NCBI GenBank assembly: GCA_950097015.1
Contig: CATNEN010000038.1
Location: forward strand, 7,750,001 to 7,814,000
DNA length: 64,000 bases
Origin: Macrostomum hystrix
Lineage: Eukaryota; Animalia; Platyhelminthes
Reading direction: 5' to 3'
The notes below the pieces were generated by a model. That model did not search any database. It was not told the origin of the DNA and saw only the letters and a program-made list of their open reading frames with translations. The position numbers and the translations under genes are program-made. Positions 1 through 12,499 of this stretch are shown piece after piece. Positions within the stretch are counted from its first letter, which is position 1; each line of letters opens with the position of its first letter.

Positions 1-368
1 TAGTGACTTACCGAGCTACACATAGGGTGCCTCTCTGTTATGGCTACTAATTAAATGTTATCGGAAAGTATATATATATATATATATATATATATAAGTA
101 TATATATGAGCGCTCATTCTATTTCTGTTCAGATTAATTCAAACTAGATCGAGCTTTCTGTGTAAAGTTTGACACTCTTTAGCGTCCGGAATCTTTCCTG
201 TTATTCGCATAGTCTATGGGTCAGACACCCTAACAGGCAGATTCTAGTATTTTGGCTAAAAAGACATTTTACGTTACCGGCTAAACATAATAAAGATTTC
301 ACGGCAACGCGAGTTGCAACATCAGCAGCAACAGGTGTATCAAAAATAGTTGCTCCCTCGTACTAATC

Positions 369-2231
369 ATGTCCGAGCTGACGCAGCAGAAATTCCTGCG
401 CAGCCGCTTCAACGCACACAGGGAGCGGGTATTCTTCATCAGGCGTGGCGTGCGCGATGTCAGCACCCTTATGGCTGCCGGGAACATTAGCTTCGAAGGC
501 TGCAACCTTGTAGCTCTGCACAACGCGACCAACGCCCCAACCCAGGAGGAAATCGTTGACGAGATTCTGCAAGCGGTCCATTCAGACGCCAATTTCAAGG
601 CTAAGTATGTCCTTCCGTCGCTCTTCCTGATTGGCGCCGGAGCCTTCGGATCAGTGTTTCGTCTGGTGACCCAAGCCTCTGGGACGGTGGAGAACCCCAA
701 GTACAAAGAGCAATACGTAAAATACCTGCAGAAGATTCGTAAGACTACGAAGCAGTCAAAGGCGGCACTGCTGGACTCTGCCAGAGATGATCACTGCTTG
801 GACCTCGTGGCCATTAAGTTCGAGCCTTTGACACAATTTGATATCGAGAACAATTCAATCGGAAAGATCAACCTAATCCGAGAGTTCTTTCTCCTGCAGG
901 AGCTGTTCAGCAATCCCGACAGTCGGTACTCCATGGTCGGTTTCCCACTGCCCATCGACTTTGACTACATCGGCGGCCTAAGGATCACAAAGGACCTCAG
1001 CAAGGTAATTGTTTACGATCCTTACGGTGTGCAAACCAGCTTCCAGGAGGCTTACCTGGATAAGCACAATATCTTTGGGATCCAATCGGAGGACGTCACA
1101 AACAAGTGCTACTTCACCATGGAGCTACTCGGACCGAACTTGGACGACTGGAAGGAGTTCTTTGCTGAAAGCCACGCGCATGATGGCCATATATTTTTCA
1201 GTGTACAAACAACTCTGAAACTGATGGACCAGTTTCTCTGCCGTTTGCTAATAATGCACCGAAAGAATCTCGTTCACCTTGACTTGAAACCAGACAATCT
1301 GTGCATGGGCATCGGTAAGATGTCTAACACCGTCTACTTGCTGGACTACGGCTTGTCAAGAATCTGCTCGGAGAACAAACCCGACATCACAATGGGCAGC
1401 CGTCGTTACATGTCTGTCGGAGTGATAAACATGGAACCGGCCAACTACATGATGGACATCGAGTCCTGGTTCTACATTCTCATCGTGCTGCTCACCGATT
1501 TTATTCCCTGGAGTGACGAGGAGCTCTCCTGTGAGCTGAGCAAGAGTGAGAAGGAGGGCGGCATTCGCGAGGAGAAGCTGCTGGGGCTGGTGGCGCGAGC
1601 TAAGAAGCAATTTTGGGGTGACGACAACAACTGGGACAAGAACATGATCCAGAAGGTGGTGGACAAGATTGAGCGCTATCACAAAAGTGAGGTACCAGAC
1701 ATTGCGCGCATCATCATGGACATCTATGAGCAAGTGAAGAGAATGCGTCAGGACTTCTACAAAGTGGGTTACTCTCGGATGAACGCAGATATCAAGGACG
1801 AAGATAGCGATCTGTTTAAGCGCTACAAATCTCTGCGCAAGCTGTTGCTCTTCGTGTACGACTGCGACTTCACCAGCAAGGGCAGCTGCTTCGCCAACGA
1901 CAAGGACATCCAGCGCAAGCAGGAGGAGCGCAAGGCAAAGCACAATTTGCTGATTTACGCCGAGGGCGGTCGCGACTGGCACTGGGACTGGGACGTCTGG
2001 TACGCGGAAGACTTTGACATGGAGGACAGCCACTGCAGTCAGAAAGTTTCCCGTCGATCCAACATGAAATTTAAAGGCGACCACAAGAGCCAAAAGAAGC
2101 TTAACAGCGGCGTCGCCAATAAGCGCCCAAAGTCCGCATCCCAGGCCAAGCTGCCGCGATGCGTTTCCGACGACTATGACATTGCGGATGTCTTTGACTA
2201 CGGCCTGGTGAAGCTGAAGCCATCAAGCTGA
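369..2231 (+). CDS. Intronless divergent casein kinase 1 / TTBK-like Ser/Thr protein kinase (620 aa)
   Basis: Single ORF with kinase motifs IGAGAFGSVF, VAIKFE, MELLGPNL, VHLDLKPDNL, LLDYGLS, MGSRRYMS and DIESWFYILI. The LLGPxL and GxxRYxS motifs and lack of APE are CK1-family signatures. AATAAA follows the stop at about 2247. Confidence 0.9.
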   Translation: MSELTQQKFLRSRFNAHRERVFFIRRGVRDVSTLMAAGNISFEGCNLVALHNATNAPTQEEIVDEILQAVHSDANFKAKYVLPSLFLIGAGAFGSVFRLVTQASGTVENPKYKEQYVKYLQKIRKTTKQSKAALLDSARDDHCLDLVAIKFEPLTQFDIENNSIGKINLIREFFLLQELFSNPDSRYSMVGFPLPIDFDYIGGLRITKDLSKVIVYDPYGVQTSFQEAYLDKHNIFGIQSEDVTNKCYFTMELLGPNLDDWKEFFAESHAHDGHIFFSVQTTLKLMDQFLCRLLIMHRKNLVHLDLKPDNLCMGIGKMSNTVYLLDYGLSRICSENKPDITMGSRRYMSVGVINMEPANYMMDIESWFYILIVLLTDFIPWSDEELSCELSKSEKEGGIREEKLLGLVARAKKQFWGDDNNWDKNMIQKVVDKIERYHKSEVPDIARIIMDIYEQVKRMRQDFYKVGYSRMNADIKDEDSDLFKRYKSLRKLLLFVYDCDFTSKGSCFANDKDIQRKQEERKAKHNLLIYAEGGRDWHWDWDVWYAEDFDMEDSHCSQKVSRRSNMKFKGDHKSQKKLNSGVANKRPKSASQAKLPRCVSDDYDIADVFDYGLVKLKPSS

Positions 2232-3299
2232 ACTTTAGAAAGTGCAAATAAAAGAATTTAAAAGCCCAGTTTTATTCATTTTGACCATGCCCACCCCGTA
2301 ATAACTTTTTGCCTATTTCAGTTCATACTGCAGCATAGGCAGCTCTCGATCTTTTAAGTCAGTTTTATTTCGTAACGTCTTGTAGGGCCCAGTCTACGCT
2401 GCAGATTTTTTTGTCACAAGGTGTCAATTTTTTTAGGATTTTCTGTTCACCTGATCTTTGTTTGCGTGAAATATCATTTGCCCTGTGAAAATATGTGCCA
2501 CCTGTTGTAGCGCTTCTTTTAAGCCTATGCTGGGAGAGTGGACGAAAAATATTGTCCTCAAAGCCATCGATCGGCAGGTGTGGTCTACCGTCGCACAGAA
2601 ATGCGGCCATAGACTAAAGATTAAGTTGCGGCTAGCCCGAAAACAGTTTTGTCTTCTATTTTCTGGAGACTGCTTTGCATTGCTCTTCTTGGAATAGGAG
2701 CAAGAAATTCATCTATTACAGGTGAGTCACCGTATTGTGAAAAATGGTTTATTAACGCCAGCATTCGAGTCTATCAGTGTGCTTCGGTGCTTCTATGCTT
2801 TGATATACTTGAAGCTTCTTTTTTATAATAGCTAGTACAGTTAAAGGGTCCTGCCCCTCTATTTGAACGATCTGAGTTATGATCACATTGATCATTGAAT
2901 GTAAGAAGTAACAGGATACAAATAGACTATAGACAGACAGAGTATGCGAGTAATAAAGAGTAACTATGCTTTCAAGCTAGAATGCTGATAAAACAACTTT
3001 TGGTAGCATTAAAATTCTCACTTCTCGCAAAAGCAGAGGTCGCGAGAAAGGGAGGAACAAGAATATCTTTGCCAAAACAAATTAATCTGGCCTCACACGG
3101 ATTAAGAAAATGGTAGCGCCTTAATGATTGGGCACGGATTGTGAAAAGTTAGTTCAGTCTAAGAAAAACTCTAGGAAAGCTGAGAAATTTAGTTTCTTAA
3201 CTGAAATCAGGCAGAATCTTTCATAATTTTAGGTCGCATATAAATTATGAATTAGTGAGTCAACGAGCTCATTGTTTGAAGATCCAGCCAGTGAGTCAG

Positions 3300-3799
3300 A
3301 TGGGTCAGTGGGGCGATGGGTCAGTGGGTCGATGGGTCAGTGGGTCGATGGGTCAGTGGGTCGATGGGTCAGTGGGTCGATGGGTCAGTGAGTCGATGGG
3401 TCAGTGGGTCGATGGGTCAGTGGGTCGATGGGTCAGTGGGTCGATGGGTCAGTGGGTCGATGGGTCAGTGGGTCGATGGGTCAGTGGGTCGATGGGTCAG
3501 TGGGTCGATGGGTCAGTGGGTCGATGGGTCAGTGGGTCGATGGGTCAGTGGGTCGATGGGTCAGTGGGTCGATGGGTCAGTGGGTCGATGGGTCAGTGGG
3601 TCGATGGGTCAGTGGGTCGATGGGTCAGTGGGTCGATGGGTCAGTGGGTCGATGGGTCAGTGGGTCGATGGGTCAGTGGGTCGATGGGTCAGTGGGTCGA
3701 TGGGTCAGTGGGTCGATGGGTCAGTGGGTCGATGGGTCAGTGGGTCGATGGGTCAGTGGGTCGATGGGTCAGTGGGTCGATGGGTCAGTGGGTCGATGG
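3300..3799. repeat. 16-bp tandem array (TGGGTCGATGGGTCAG)n
   Basis: Direct inspection; it begins about 17 nt past the ODF2 stop. Confidence 0.95.
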
Positions 3800-3816
3800 T
3801 TGCACAGCCGCAGCAT

Positions 3817-6800
3817 TCAACTGGCCAAGGGTGGTGGCAGCCCGGTCGTTGAGAACAAATTTGAGTAGGAAGACTTCAGGAAGGCCACGTGACTCTGAAG
3901 CGACCTGGCGGTGGCCTCCGCTCGGTCGAGCCGCTCCTGCATGTCGCCGAGACGCCGCTGGCAGCGTCGATTTTCTTCTTCGCTTTCGCGCAAGGCGCGA
4001 GCGGCTTCTGCGCGCTGGGCGGCCAGCTGACCTTCGAGCTCCGAGCAGCGGGTCTGGAATTCCAGGACAGTGGGTCAGTGGGTCAGTGAGTCAGTGGGTC
4101 AGTGAGTCAGTGGGTCAGTGAGTCAGTGGGTCAGTGGATCAGTGAGTCAGGGGGTCAGTGAGTCACTGAGTCAGTGGGTCAGTGGGTCAGTGGGTCAGTG
4201 AGTCAGCGGGTCAGTGAGTCAGTGGGTCAGTGAGTCAGTGGGTCAGTGGGTCAGTGGGTCAGTGGGTCAGTGGGTCAGTGAGTCAGTGGGTCAAGTGCCT
4301 GAGTGAACTGGGACGGGTGTCAAGTTTGATGGGGCCGATTAAGCAGTGATTTTATGTTAATCGCCGCGCTAACCTGCAGACGCCGGCCGGAGCTCGGCGA
4401 AGCGTCACGGCGATCTTGCTCAGCCGCGCTCAGCTGCTCGACTTGCTGCACCAGCGCCGCGCACTCGCGCCTCTTCGCTTCCAGCTGATCCTGGGCTGCG
4501 CGCTCCGCGTCCTCCCGCTTTGCCAAGGCGCGCAGCGCATCGCGGCGCTCCTCGTCGGCCGAGCGCAGGCGCTGCTCAAGCTCTTCGCAGCGTTCGCGCA
4601 GTCGCCTGGTCTCCTCCTCGAGCGCGGCGGCTGCGGAGGGGCTGGCGCTGCTCGAGCGCGTTCGAGAGCGGCTGCCACCGGCGGACTGTGGAGAGTTTTA
4701 GTTTAGAAAACATTTAGAAAATTTTGCATTTCTACTTGCAGTAGAGTACGTTGGACCTTGCTCATTCTTGAGCGGTTTTATTAAGTTTGTTATATATATA
4801 AAATACCATGCACATACCTCAAACTGCCTGAGCTTAGCGTTGGCTTCCTCTAGTTCCGCTTTGCACAGTCGCAGCTGTTCTTGCGTCTTAGCAGCCTCGT
4901 CTTCATCGATTCGATGCTGGACGGTCCGTGGCGATGGCTGCTTCTGCGGCTGAACAGTTCGCTGCTGAACCTGACGGATCGAGTGTCACAAAGATGCATA
5001 TTAAAGACTTTGTTTCAGCTCTAGGAGTAAGTTAAATTGAAAAAATTCCTATATTCACGAGCACAGTGTACAAGAAGGTTAGAATGTTTTAAATATAATT
5101 TTAGGTTTTCATCATTAAAATTACAGCCGTTAACTTTTTACATTTAACCTTATATTTACGTTGACAAAAATAATCCATAAGTTTACTAATAAAGCAACTT
5201 AAAGGCTTAAAAACTAATGTACATCGGCTGAGCGGGCATCAACCCCACGCCTATATTGGTGAGAGAGAATGTTCAGTGGCTGAGCGGGCATCAACCCCCC
5301 GCCTATATTGATGAGAGAGAATGTACAGTGGGTGAGCGGGCATCAACCCCCCCGCCTATATTGATGAGAGAGAATGTACAGTGGCTGAGCGGGCATCAAC
5401 CCCCCGCCTATATTGATGAGAGAGAATGTACAGTGGCTGAGCGGGCATCAACCCCCCGCCTATATTGATGAGAGAGAATGTACAGTGGCTGAGCGGGCAT
5501 CAACACACCGCCTATATTGGTGAGAGAGAATGTACAGTGGCTGAGCGGGCATCAACCCCCCGCCTATATTGGAGAGAGAGAATGTACAGTGGCTGAGCGG
5601 GCATCAACCCCCTGTATGGGTGTGAGAGAGAATGTACAGTGGCTGAGCGGGCATCAACCCCCTGTATGGGTGTGAGAGAGAATGTACAGTGGCTGAGCGG
5701 GCATCAACCCCACCGGCTATATTGGTGAGAGAGAATGTTCAGTGGCTGAGCGGGCATCAACCCCCCGCCTATATTGATGAGAGAGAATGTACAGTGGGTG
5801 AGCGGGCATCAACCCCCCCGCCTATATTGATGAGAGAGAATGTACAGTGGCTGAGCGGGCATCAACCCCCTGTATGGGTGTGAGAGAGAATGTACAGTGG
5901 CTGAGCGGGCATCAACCCCCCGCCTATATTGGAGAGAGAGAATGTACAGTGGCTGAGCGGGCATCAACCCCACCGGCTATATTGGTGAGAGAGAATGTAC
6001 AGTGGCTGAGCGGGCATCAACCCCCTGTATGGGTGTGAGAGAGAATGTACAGTGGCTGAGCGGGCATCAACCCCACCGGCTATATTGGAGAGAGAGAATG
6101 TACAGTGGCTGAGCGGGCATCAACCCCACCGGCTATATTGGTGAGAGAGAATGTACAGTGGCTGAGCGGGCATCAACCCCACCGGCTATATTGGTGAGAG
6201 AGAATGTACAGTGGCTGAGCGGGCATCAACCCCACCGGCTATATTGGTGAGAGAGAATGTACAGTGGCTGAGCGGGCATCAACCCCCTGTATGGGTGTGA
6301 GAGAGAATGTACAGTGGCTGAGCGGGCATCAACCCCACCGGCTATATTGGAGAGAGAGAATGTACAGTGGCTGAGCGGGCATCAACCCCACCGGCTATAT
6401 TGGTGAGAGAGAATGTACAGTGGCTGAGCGGGCATCAACCCCCTGTATGGGTGTGAGAGAGAATGTACAGTGGCTGAGCGGGCATCAACACACCGCCTAT
6501 ATTGGTGAGAGAGAATGTACAGTGGCTGAGCGGGCATCAACACACCGCCTATATTGGTGAGAGAGAATGTACAGTGGCTGAGCGGGCATCAACCCCCTGT
6601 ATGGGTGTGAGAGAGAATGAAGTACATGATGTTAGCAGTGCTCGCTATAAATATAGAGCAGTGTTCCTGACAGTGAGTCAATAAATATAGTTTTAACTGT
6701 TGCCAAATTTGATAACCAAATGACTACTATAAAGCATCTATAACTAAGCACTGGCAGTGGCAACAGTCGTCAGTCGCTAGCGACCTTGTCCAGCTGCCTG

Positions 6801-9800
6801 AGGGTGTAGCTGTGGGCGCGCATCGCCAATCGGTGCAGCAGCCGCAGCCGCAGCAGTGCGCAATCTTGACAGGAATCGCTGCAGCTGGCCTGACACCTGC
6901 CACAGCATGCCGCTGCTGCTGATGTCGCAGCTTCAGGCTCAATAGTGTCCACTTTCGATGGCTATATTTATAACAACAATTGCGAAGATAATTGGTATTG
7001 AAATGACAGTGAAAAGATGATGTAAGTAATGACTGTGACGTTACAGGTGAAATATTTTTGAATTATTTAACTTAATAAAATCGTGATACTTTAAAAAGCG
7101 ATACGAGCGTAGTGATTGGTGGGACGAGCATTGGTTTCCGTTGATAATTAGCAACACTGGCAAAAACTATTTTCTAAAAGTCGAATGTTTGAAAACAGCG
7201 ACATGCGCAATCGTTTACTATGAGTAGAAATATAAGAAATCATCGTTTAAAAAGTCGCACTCCAACCTGCAGCTTGTACTCCTCGACCAGGCTCTCGTAG
7301 TGCTTCAAAGCGTTGCGCAATCCGTCCGACTCGGCGCGCTGAGTCTCCAGCTGCCTCTCCAGCGAGCGGATTGAATCCTAGGCGGGGGATTTGAGTTGGT
7401 GAATTGCAGCTCTGATGACTCACTCTTCAGAATACCATTACTCATGGACCTCACCTGCATCCGGTCACGATCTCCGGGCTGCGCGGATAGCTGCCGGTTT
7501 TCGCGTTCCAGAATGTCACAGCGTTCCTTAACGGCTGCCAGCTCGGCTGTCCGATCATCGGCTTCGGCCTGAGGGAGATGAAGGGATGAAAGGGAGTTGG
7601 AAAAATATCAAGGGAGATAAAGGGGATTAGAAGAGAGATAAACGGAGACGAAGGGGAGCTGAATGGAGATGCAGGGAGTTGAATGGAGAGGCAGGGAGTT
7701 GAAAGGAGATGCTGGGAGTTGAAAGGAGATGCAGGGAGTTGAATGGAGATGCAGGGAGTTAAATGGAGAATAAACGAGATGCAAGGGAGAGATAAAGGGG
7801 AGATAAAGGGAGATTGAGGTAGAGGCAGTGAAATAAAGGGAGATGCAGGGATAGAGAGAATTGATGGAGGAGGCTCTCCACCTGCAGCTGCAGCAGGCGT
7901 TGTTTCATGGCCCTCGCCGCGAGCTTCAGCTCGGAGGCTCGACGCTGATCGGCTGGGTCGCCGGAGGTCGCCGGCGGCGGCTTCTTGTCGTGGTGGACAT
8001 CGGCGGAATCGCCACCGCTTGATTGGCGATGGCGGGATCTGATCTGGATATTAGAGGTCAATATAGGTCAATTTAATCGGAGTTTGTGTCTAACAGGTAC
8101 ATCCGTGTCTAACAGGTACATCCGAGTCTAACAGGTACATCCGTGTCTAACAGGTACATCCGTGTCTAACAGGTACATCCGTGTCTAACAGGTACATCCG
8201 TGTCTAACAGGTACATCCGTGTCTAACAGGTACATCCGTGTCTAACAGGTACATCCGTGTCTAACAGGTACATCCGTGTCTAACAGGTACATCCGTGTCT
8301 AACAGGTACATCCGTGTCTAACAGGTACATCCGTGTCTAACAGGTACATCCGTGTCTAACAGGTACATCCGTGTCTAACAGGTACATCCGTGTCTAACAG
8401 GTACATCCGTGTCTAACAGGTACATCCGTGTCTAACAGGTACATCCGTGTCTAACAGGTACATCCGTGTCTAACAGGTACATCCGTGTCTAACAGGTACA
8501 TCCGTGTCTAACAGGTACATCCGTGTCTAACAGGTACATCCGTGTCTAACAGGTACATCCGTGTCTAACAGGTACATCCGTGTCTAACAGGTACATCCGT
8601 GTCTTAATGGAAGATCGGTATCTAACAGGTACATCTGTGTCTAACAGTTACATCTATGTCTAACAGGTACACAGGTGCAGCATCGCTCAGACTGCCAGGC
8701 TCACCGCCTGTTCCAGGCAGTCCCGATCGATGCGGGCTTGGGCTAGCTGGGCCTCGAGACCTCTCATTTGCACAGACAACCGGTCGCAGTCGGACTCGCG
8801 CTGACGCAGCTGAAGGCGCAGGTGGCCCCGCGCTGAGTCGGCCGTACCGGCTCGCTCCCTTACCACTGCCAGCTCGCTGCGGAGGCCATCGGCCTCGGCT
8901 TCGGCGGCAACTCGGCGACGCTCGGCTTCGGCCAGCCGGCCAGTCAGGCTCGCCCGCTCGCCGGCGGCAGCAGCAGCTTCAGCCGCCGCTGTTGTCTCGG
9001 CGTCGGCCAGCCGCCGGGCAGCCCGTCGGAGGCGAGCCGCAGCGTCGAGTGCGGTGGCCATTCTGGCGCGCATTTCAGCTTCGAGTTGCGGCGACAGCGG
9101 GGAGAGGCGCCCTCTGGACGCGGCGGCCTCCAGGCACTCGGCCAGGGCGTCGATGTCAGCCTCGGCGTCTGTTAGGATTCGAGCAGCGCTGGCAGATGTG
9201 GGACTGGCTTGCTGCTGCTGCTGGTCGGAGGAATGTCTCGCGCGAGTCTCCGCTGCCTAAAATATATTTTGGGACTTTTCGTAGGACTTACTAGGATTAA
9301 GTAAAGATAACACAGGATTTCCCAGTAAAAACCAACACCAAGTTTGAGGTTGTGAGTTCTGTGACAGAAGTTTGGGGTGGTGGGTGTCGGGGCTGGATAA
9401 TTTATGGGCGGTGGGGGTTGGGGCATGAGTTTGAGGTGGTTTTCGTTGGGGCTGGAGTTTAGGGTGGTGGGGTTTGGGGCAGGAGTTTGGGGTGGTGGGT
9501 TTCGGGGCAGGAGTTTGAGGTGGTGTGCGTTGGGGCTGGAGTTTAGGGTGGTGGGGGTTGGGGCAGGAGTTTGGGGTGGTGGGTGTCGGGGCAGGAGTTT
9601 GAGGTGGTGTGCGTTGGGGCTGGAGTTTAGGGTGGTGGGGTTTGGGGCAGGAGTTTGGGGTGGTGGGTGTCGGGGCAGGAGTTTGAGGTGGTGTGCGTTG
9701 GGGCTGGAGTTTAGGGTGGTGGGGGTTGGGGCAGGAGTTTGGGGTGGTGGGTGTCGGGGCAGGAGTTTGAGGTGGTGTGCGTTGGGGCTAGAGTTTGGGG

Positions 9801-11315
9801 TGGTGGGGTTGAGGGAGGTTTTGAGGTGGTGGGCGAGGTGCTGGTCAGAAATCAGTTCCTCACCTCATGCTTGAGCTGGTCCACTTCGCTCATGAGGGTG
9901 CGCAGTCGGCCCTCAAAGGCGACAGAATCGGCGGGGTCTTGGGCGTAGAGCTCGTCAAGGGCGTGTTCTCGTTGGTGATTCGAGTCAGCCTGGCGTTAGA
10001 AATATTTCTGCTTTTAGTATTTAAATAATGAAAACCTATACAACTAGACAGGTTAAATAGTGTGCATTTATATTACATTTTGGGACCAACTGTTATTACC
10101 ACAAAAATGTTTGGATTCGGAAAGCGAGCCCAAGGAAATCAATGCACCGCAAGCAAATTTACGGGCGTATAGCACGAGCCAGTTCGAGTAAATAAAGCGA
10201 GGTAAAAACTAGGAAAACAAACAAGCACTATAAACAATGCGACAACAACAATTATAGCTGAAATTGAAAACAAAATCTTCAATACTCACAAAGCGTATAA
10301 GGCGCCTCACCTTAAAGTAAGAGAAGAAAACTTACTTTTAGAAATAAAAGTTCATAACTACAACTAAAAACTGCTTTAAACAAGCAAAGGCACTCGAACA
10401 TACAGCTCTGGGCGCCGACTCATAGCTGTCAATCCAGTGGCTGTCAGATGGAACCTGGATTTCATTGGATCGGTGCGCGAGTGGGGCGCAATTTTAGCCT
10501 AACTGTATTTTTTAATCTGAGTCGCGAAAACAATTGCAAAAGTATTCACTAGTCGCTTAACTACAGGTAATAATAAAACTCTGAATAATTGCAGGAGGGC
10601 TGCAGGCACATCATTTGTTGACACTAGACCCGCCGCCAGTGAGGAGGCAATTCTGCCCATTCCGCTGACTCCTGAGCACAGTTTTGCAACAGATACCGTA
10701 CGCAGGCACACGCTCACACATCTGCCCTGACTTTCTCATCGTCAGGCAGTGTTCGATCTCACTGTGCCCTCATTGGCCCTCAAAGGCGTAAATTGCACGA
10801 CAATCCCCCCAAAGCCTTCTCTCTGCGGCTGAGCACCAAATAAATGTGGCCTCGCCGCAGAATCGAACTTAAGGACACCTTGGTGCGAGAGGCAAACGCG
10901 TTAACCACTCTGCCACCGACCTCCCTGTAACTAAACGTCCACAAGAACTGGCATGATCAAAGTCATTTTTATACTCCTAAGGTCGCTGCATAAAAAAAAA
11001 AAATCAATTAATTCAACCCACCGGCTGCTCATCTCTCGGACTCAGGTCGTCACTTTCCTCTGAAGAATTCGTTCTCAGCTGAGCTGACTGGCGGAATTTC
11101 ACACTTGGGCCTGACGGCAGCCTTTTTTCGCCTCTCTGCGGAGCGGGTCGAGGGTGTTGCTGGCGCTGCTGCTGCTTTAGCGCTGAAACCGGGGGTGTCT
11201 TCTCGTTCACGGCCCGAGCTGTCGGCTTTTTGGGCTTGCGGACGTGGACGTGCACCGGAGTGTCGTTGTCAACCGCCACGTGCACTACTGGGGAGTAGTC
11301 GCGTGCGCGAGACAT
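3817..11315 (-). CDS. ODF2: Outer dense fiber protein 2 / cenexin-like coiled-coil protein (multi-exon)
   Basis: GT-AG exons, all phase 0: 11315-11022, 9989-9864, 9256-8705, 8043-7882, 7568-7455, 7377-7267, (optional 6961-6785), 4970-4818, 4685-4374, 4053-3817 (TGA). N-terminal VHVAVDNDTPVHVHVRK, internal YESLVEEYKLQ and C-terminal RSLQSHVAFLKSSYSNLF match recalled ODF2 motifs (LHVHVDENTPVHVHIKK; YEGMIDNYKSQ; RSMQNYVQFLKSSYANVF). Confidence 0.82.
4068..4293. repeat. 8-bp tandem array (TCAGTGRG)n
   Basis: Direct inspection; last ODF2 intron. Confidence 0.92.
5225..6618. repeat. About 52-bp minisatellite
   Basis: GAGAGAGAATGTACAGTGGCTGAGCGGGCATCAACCCC... repeated with variant ends. Confidence 0.95.
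7575..7860. repeat. Degenerate 20-bp purine-rich array
   Basis: GAATGGAGATGCAGGGAGTT units. Confidence 0.75.
8086..8670. repeat. 19-bp minisatellite (GTGTCTAACAGGTACATCC)n
   Basis: Direct inspection; it fills almost all of ODF2 intron 3. Confidence 0.95.
9427..9830. repeat. 84-bp G-rich minisatellite
   Basis: About 4.5 copies, visible as a 28-aa periodicity in the spurious ORF. Confidence 0.9.
10585..10927 (-). mobile_element. tRNA-derived SINE, family A copy 1 (ODF2 intron 1)
   Basis: The reverse strand starts GGGAGGTCGGTGGCAGAGTGGTTAACGCG (A box) followed by GTTCGATTC (B box). It is alignable over about 340 bp to 12500-12850. Confidence 0.8.
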
Positions 11316-11778
11316 TTCGGTACTTTTAATGTGTGTATTTCAGTAAAGCTAATGGCTTTGCTCTGCAATAAAGAGAGGCTGAAGAGTAGTTAAATTATAA
11401 AGCCAGGTAAGATAAACCATTATTATTTCAAACTCTAAAGCTATCCTTTAGCTTTATACCATAGCTTTGGCTTTAAGCCACCATGCAACTATTTAGCATC
11501 AGAAATAAAATTCTACAAAGTACCTAAAAGACATACGAGTACTATATCAATCACAGAAACTTGCCTAAAATTTGTTTTGTTTGGAAGAAAAAATTACTTG
11601 TATAAAAATATCATGAGTTTTCCATAAAAACAAATTCAGATGCAGCTATATTTAGGATCATTACAGAAAGTATTTTAATTCTTCTGAAATTTAAAGTGAT
11701 GCAGCCAGTTCAATCAAGAGGTTCCAAAAACGCAAAAAGCATATAAATTATTACTTTGTGCAAACGTTTTTTTAATGA

Positions 11779-11962
11779 AAAGAGCTGCAAATATTCACTT
11801 AGTTTCTTGGAACCTACAAAAAAGATATATAATAATATATATAATTATAGTTATTAGTAATTATTATTATTATTATTATCATGATAGTTATTATTATAAT
11901 ATTATTATTATATACATATTTTTGTAAGTTCCAAGAAACTAAGAAAATATTTGCAGCTCTTT
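11779..11962. repeat. Fold-back / MITE-like inverted repeat
   Basis: AAAGAGCTGCAAATATT..CTTAGTTTCTTGGAAC.TACAAAAA and its reverse complement flank a (TTA)n-rich spacer. The arms are about 50 bp. Confidence 0.75.
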
Positions 11963-12499
11963 ATATATTATATAATACACTATATATATATATGTACATA
12001 AATATTACATATAAAATGAATATAAAATTGTTGAATATTAAAAGATATTAAGAAATCCTGTCTTTGCCAGCTACGCTAAAACATGTGGTAAGGAAATGAA
12101 GATAAAATAGCTTTTTCATTGATAAATAAAGAAGAACGTACAAATTAAATATATAAGGTGAAACCAACTTTTGTAGACATATTACAAAAACTAATAATTA
12201 TATTGTTTATTTCCTATTTTATTTAGCTATACATTTATTTAAATCTAAACCAGTGGCTAAACTAATATTTATTATACTTATTTTGTTATAAATATTAGCA
12301 TTAAAAAAAACCTGATCTGTATCCAAACCGTAATCTAATTTGCGTTTTATCACGAGTTAAAAGCTAATTAAAATAATTAAATTACTTTTGTTATGAGCTT
12401 CTGTATTGCAAGGAACTTTAGGACATTCGTCAAAATAAATTTGTTAATGAAAATTGTTCAAATAACATTTCTTCTTAAACTAAAACTAATATTACGTCA

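Noticed and set aside
3255-4121. Long + strand ORFs with repetitive translations, here and at 17295-18508, 20762-21517, 45956-47992, 48617-50741, 56371-57523 and 62071-63999
   Set aside because: They are stop-free readings of tandem arrays, open in several frames or strands, and mostly lie in introns or UTRs of recognisable genes.
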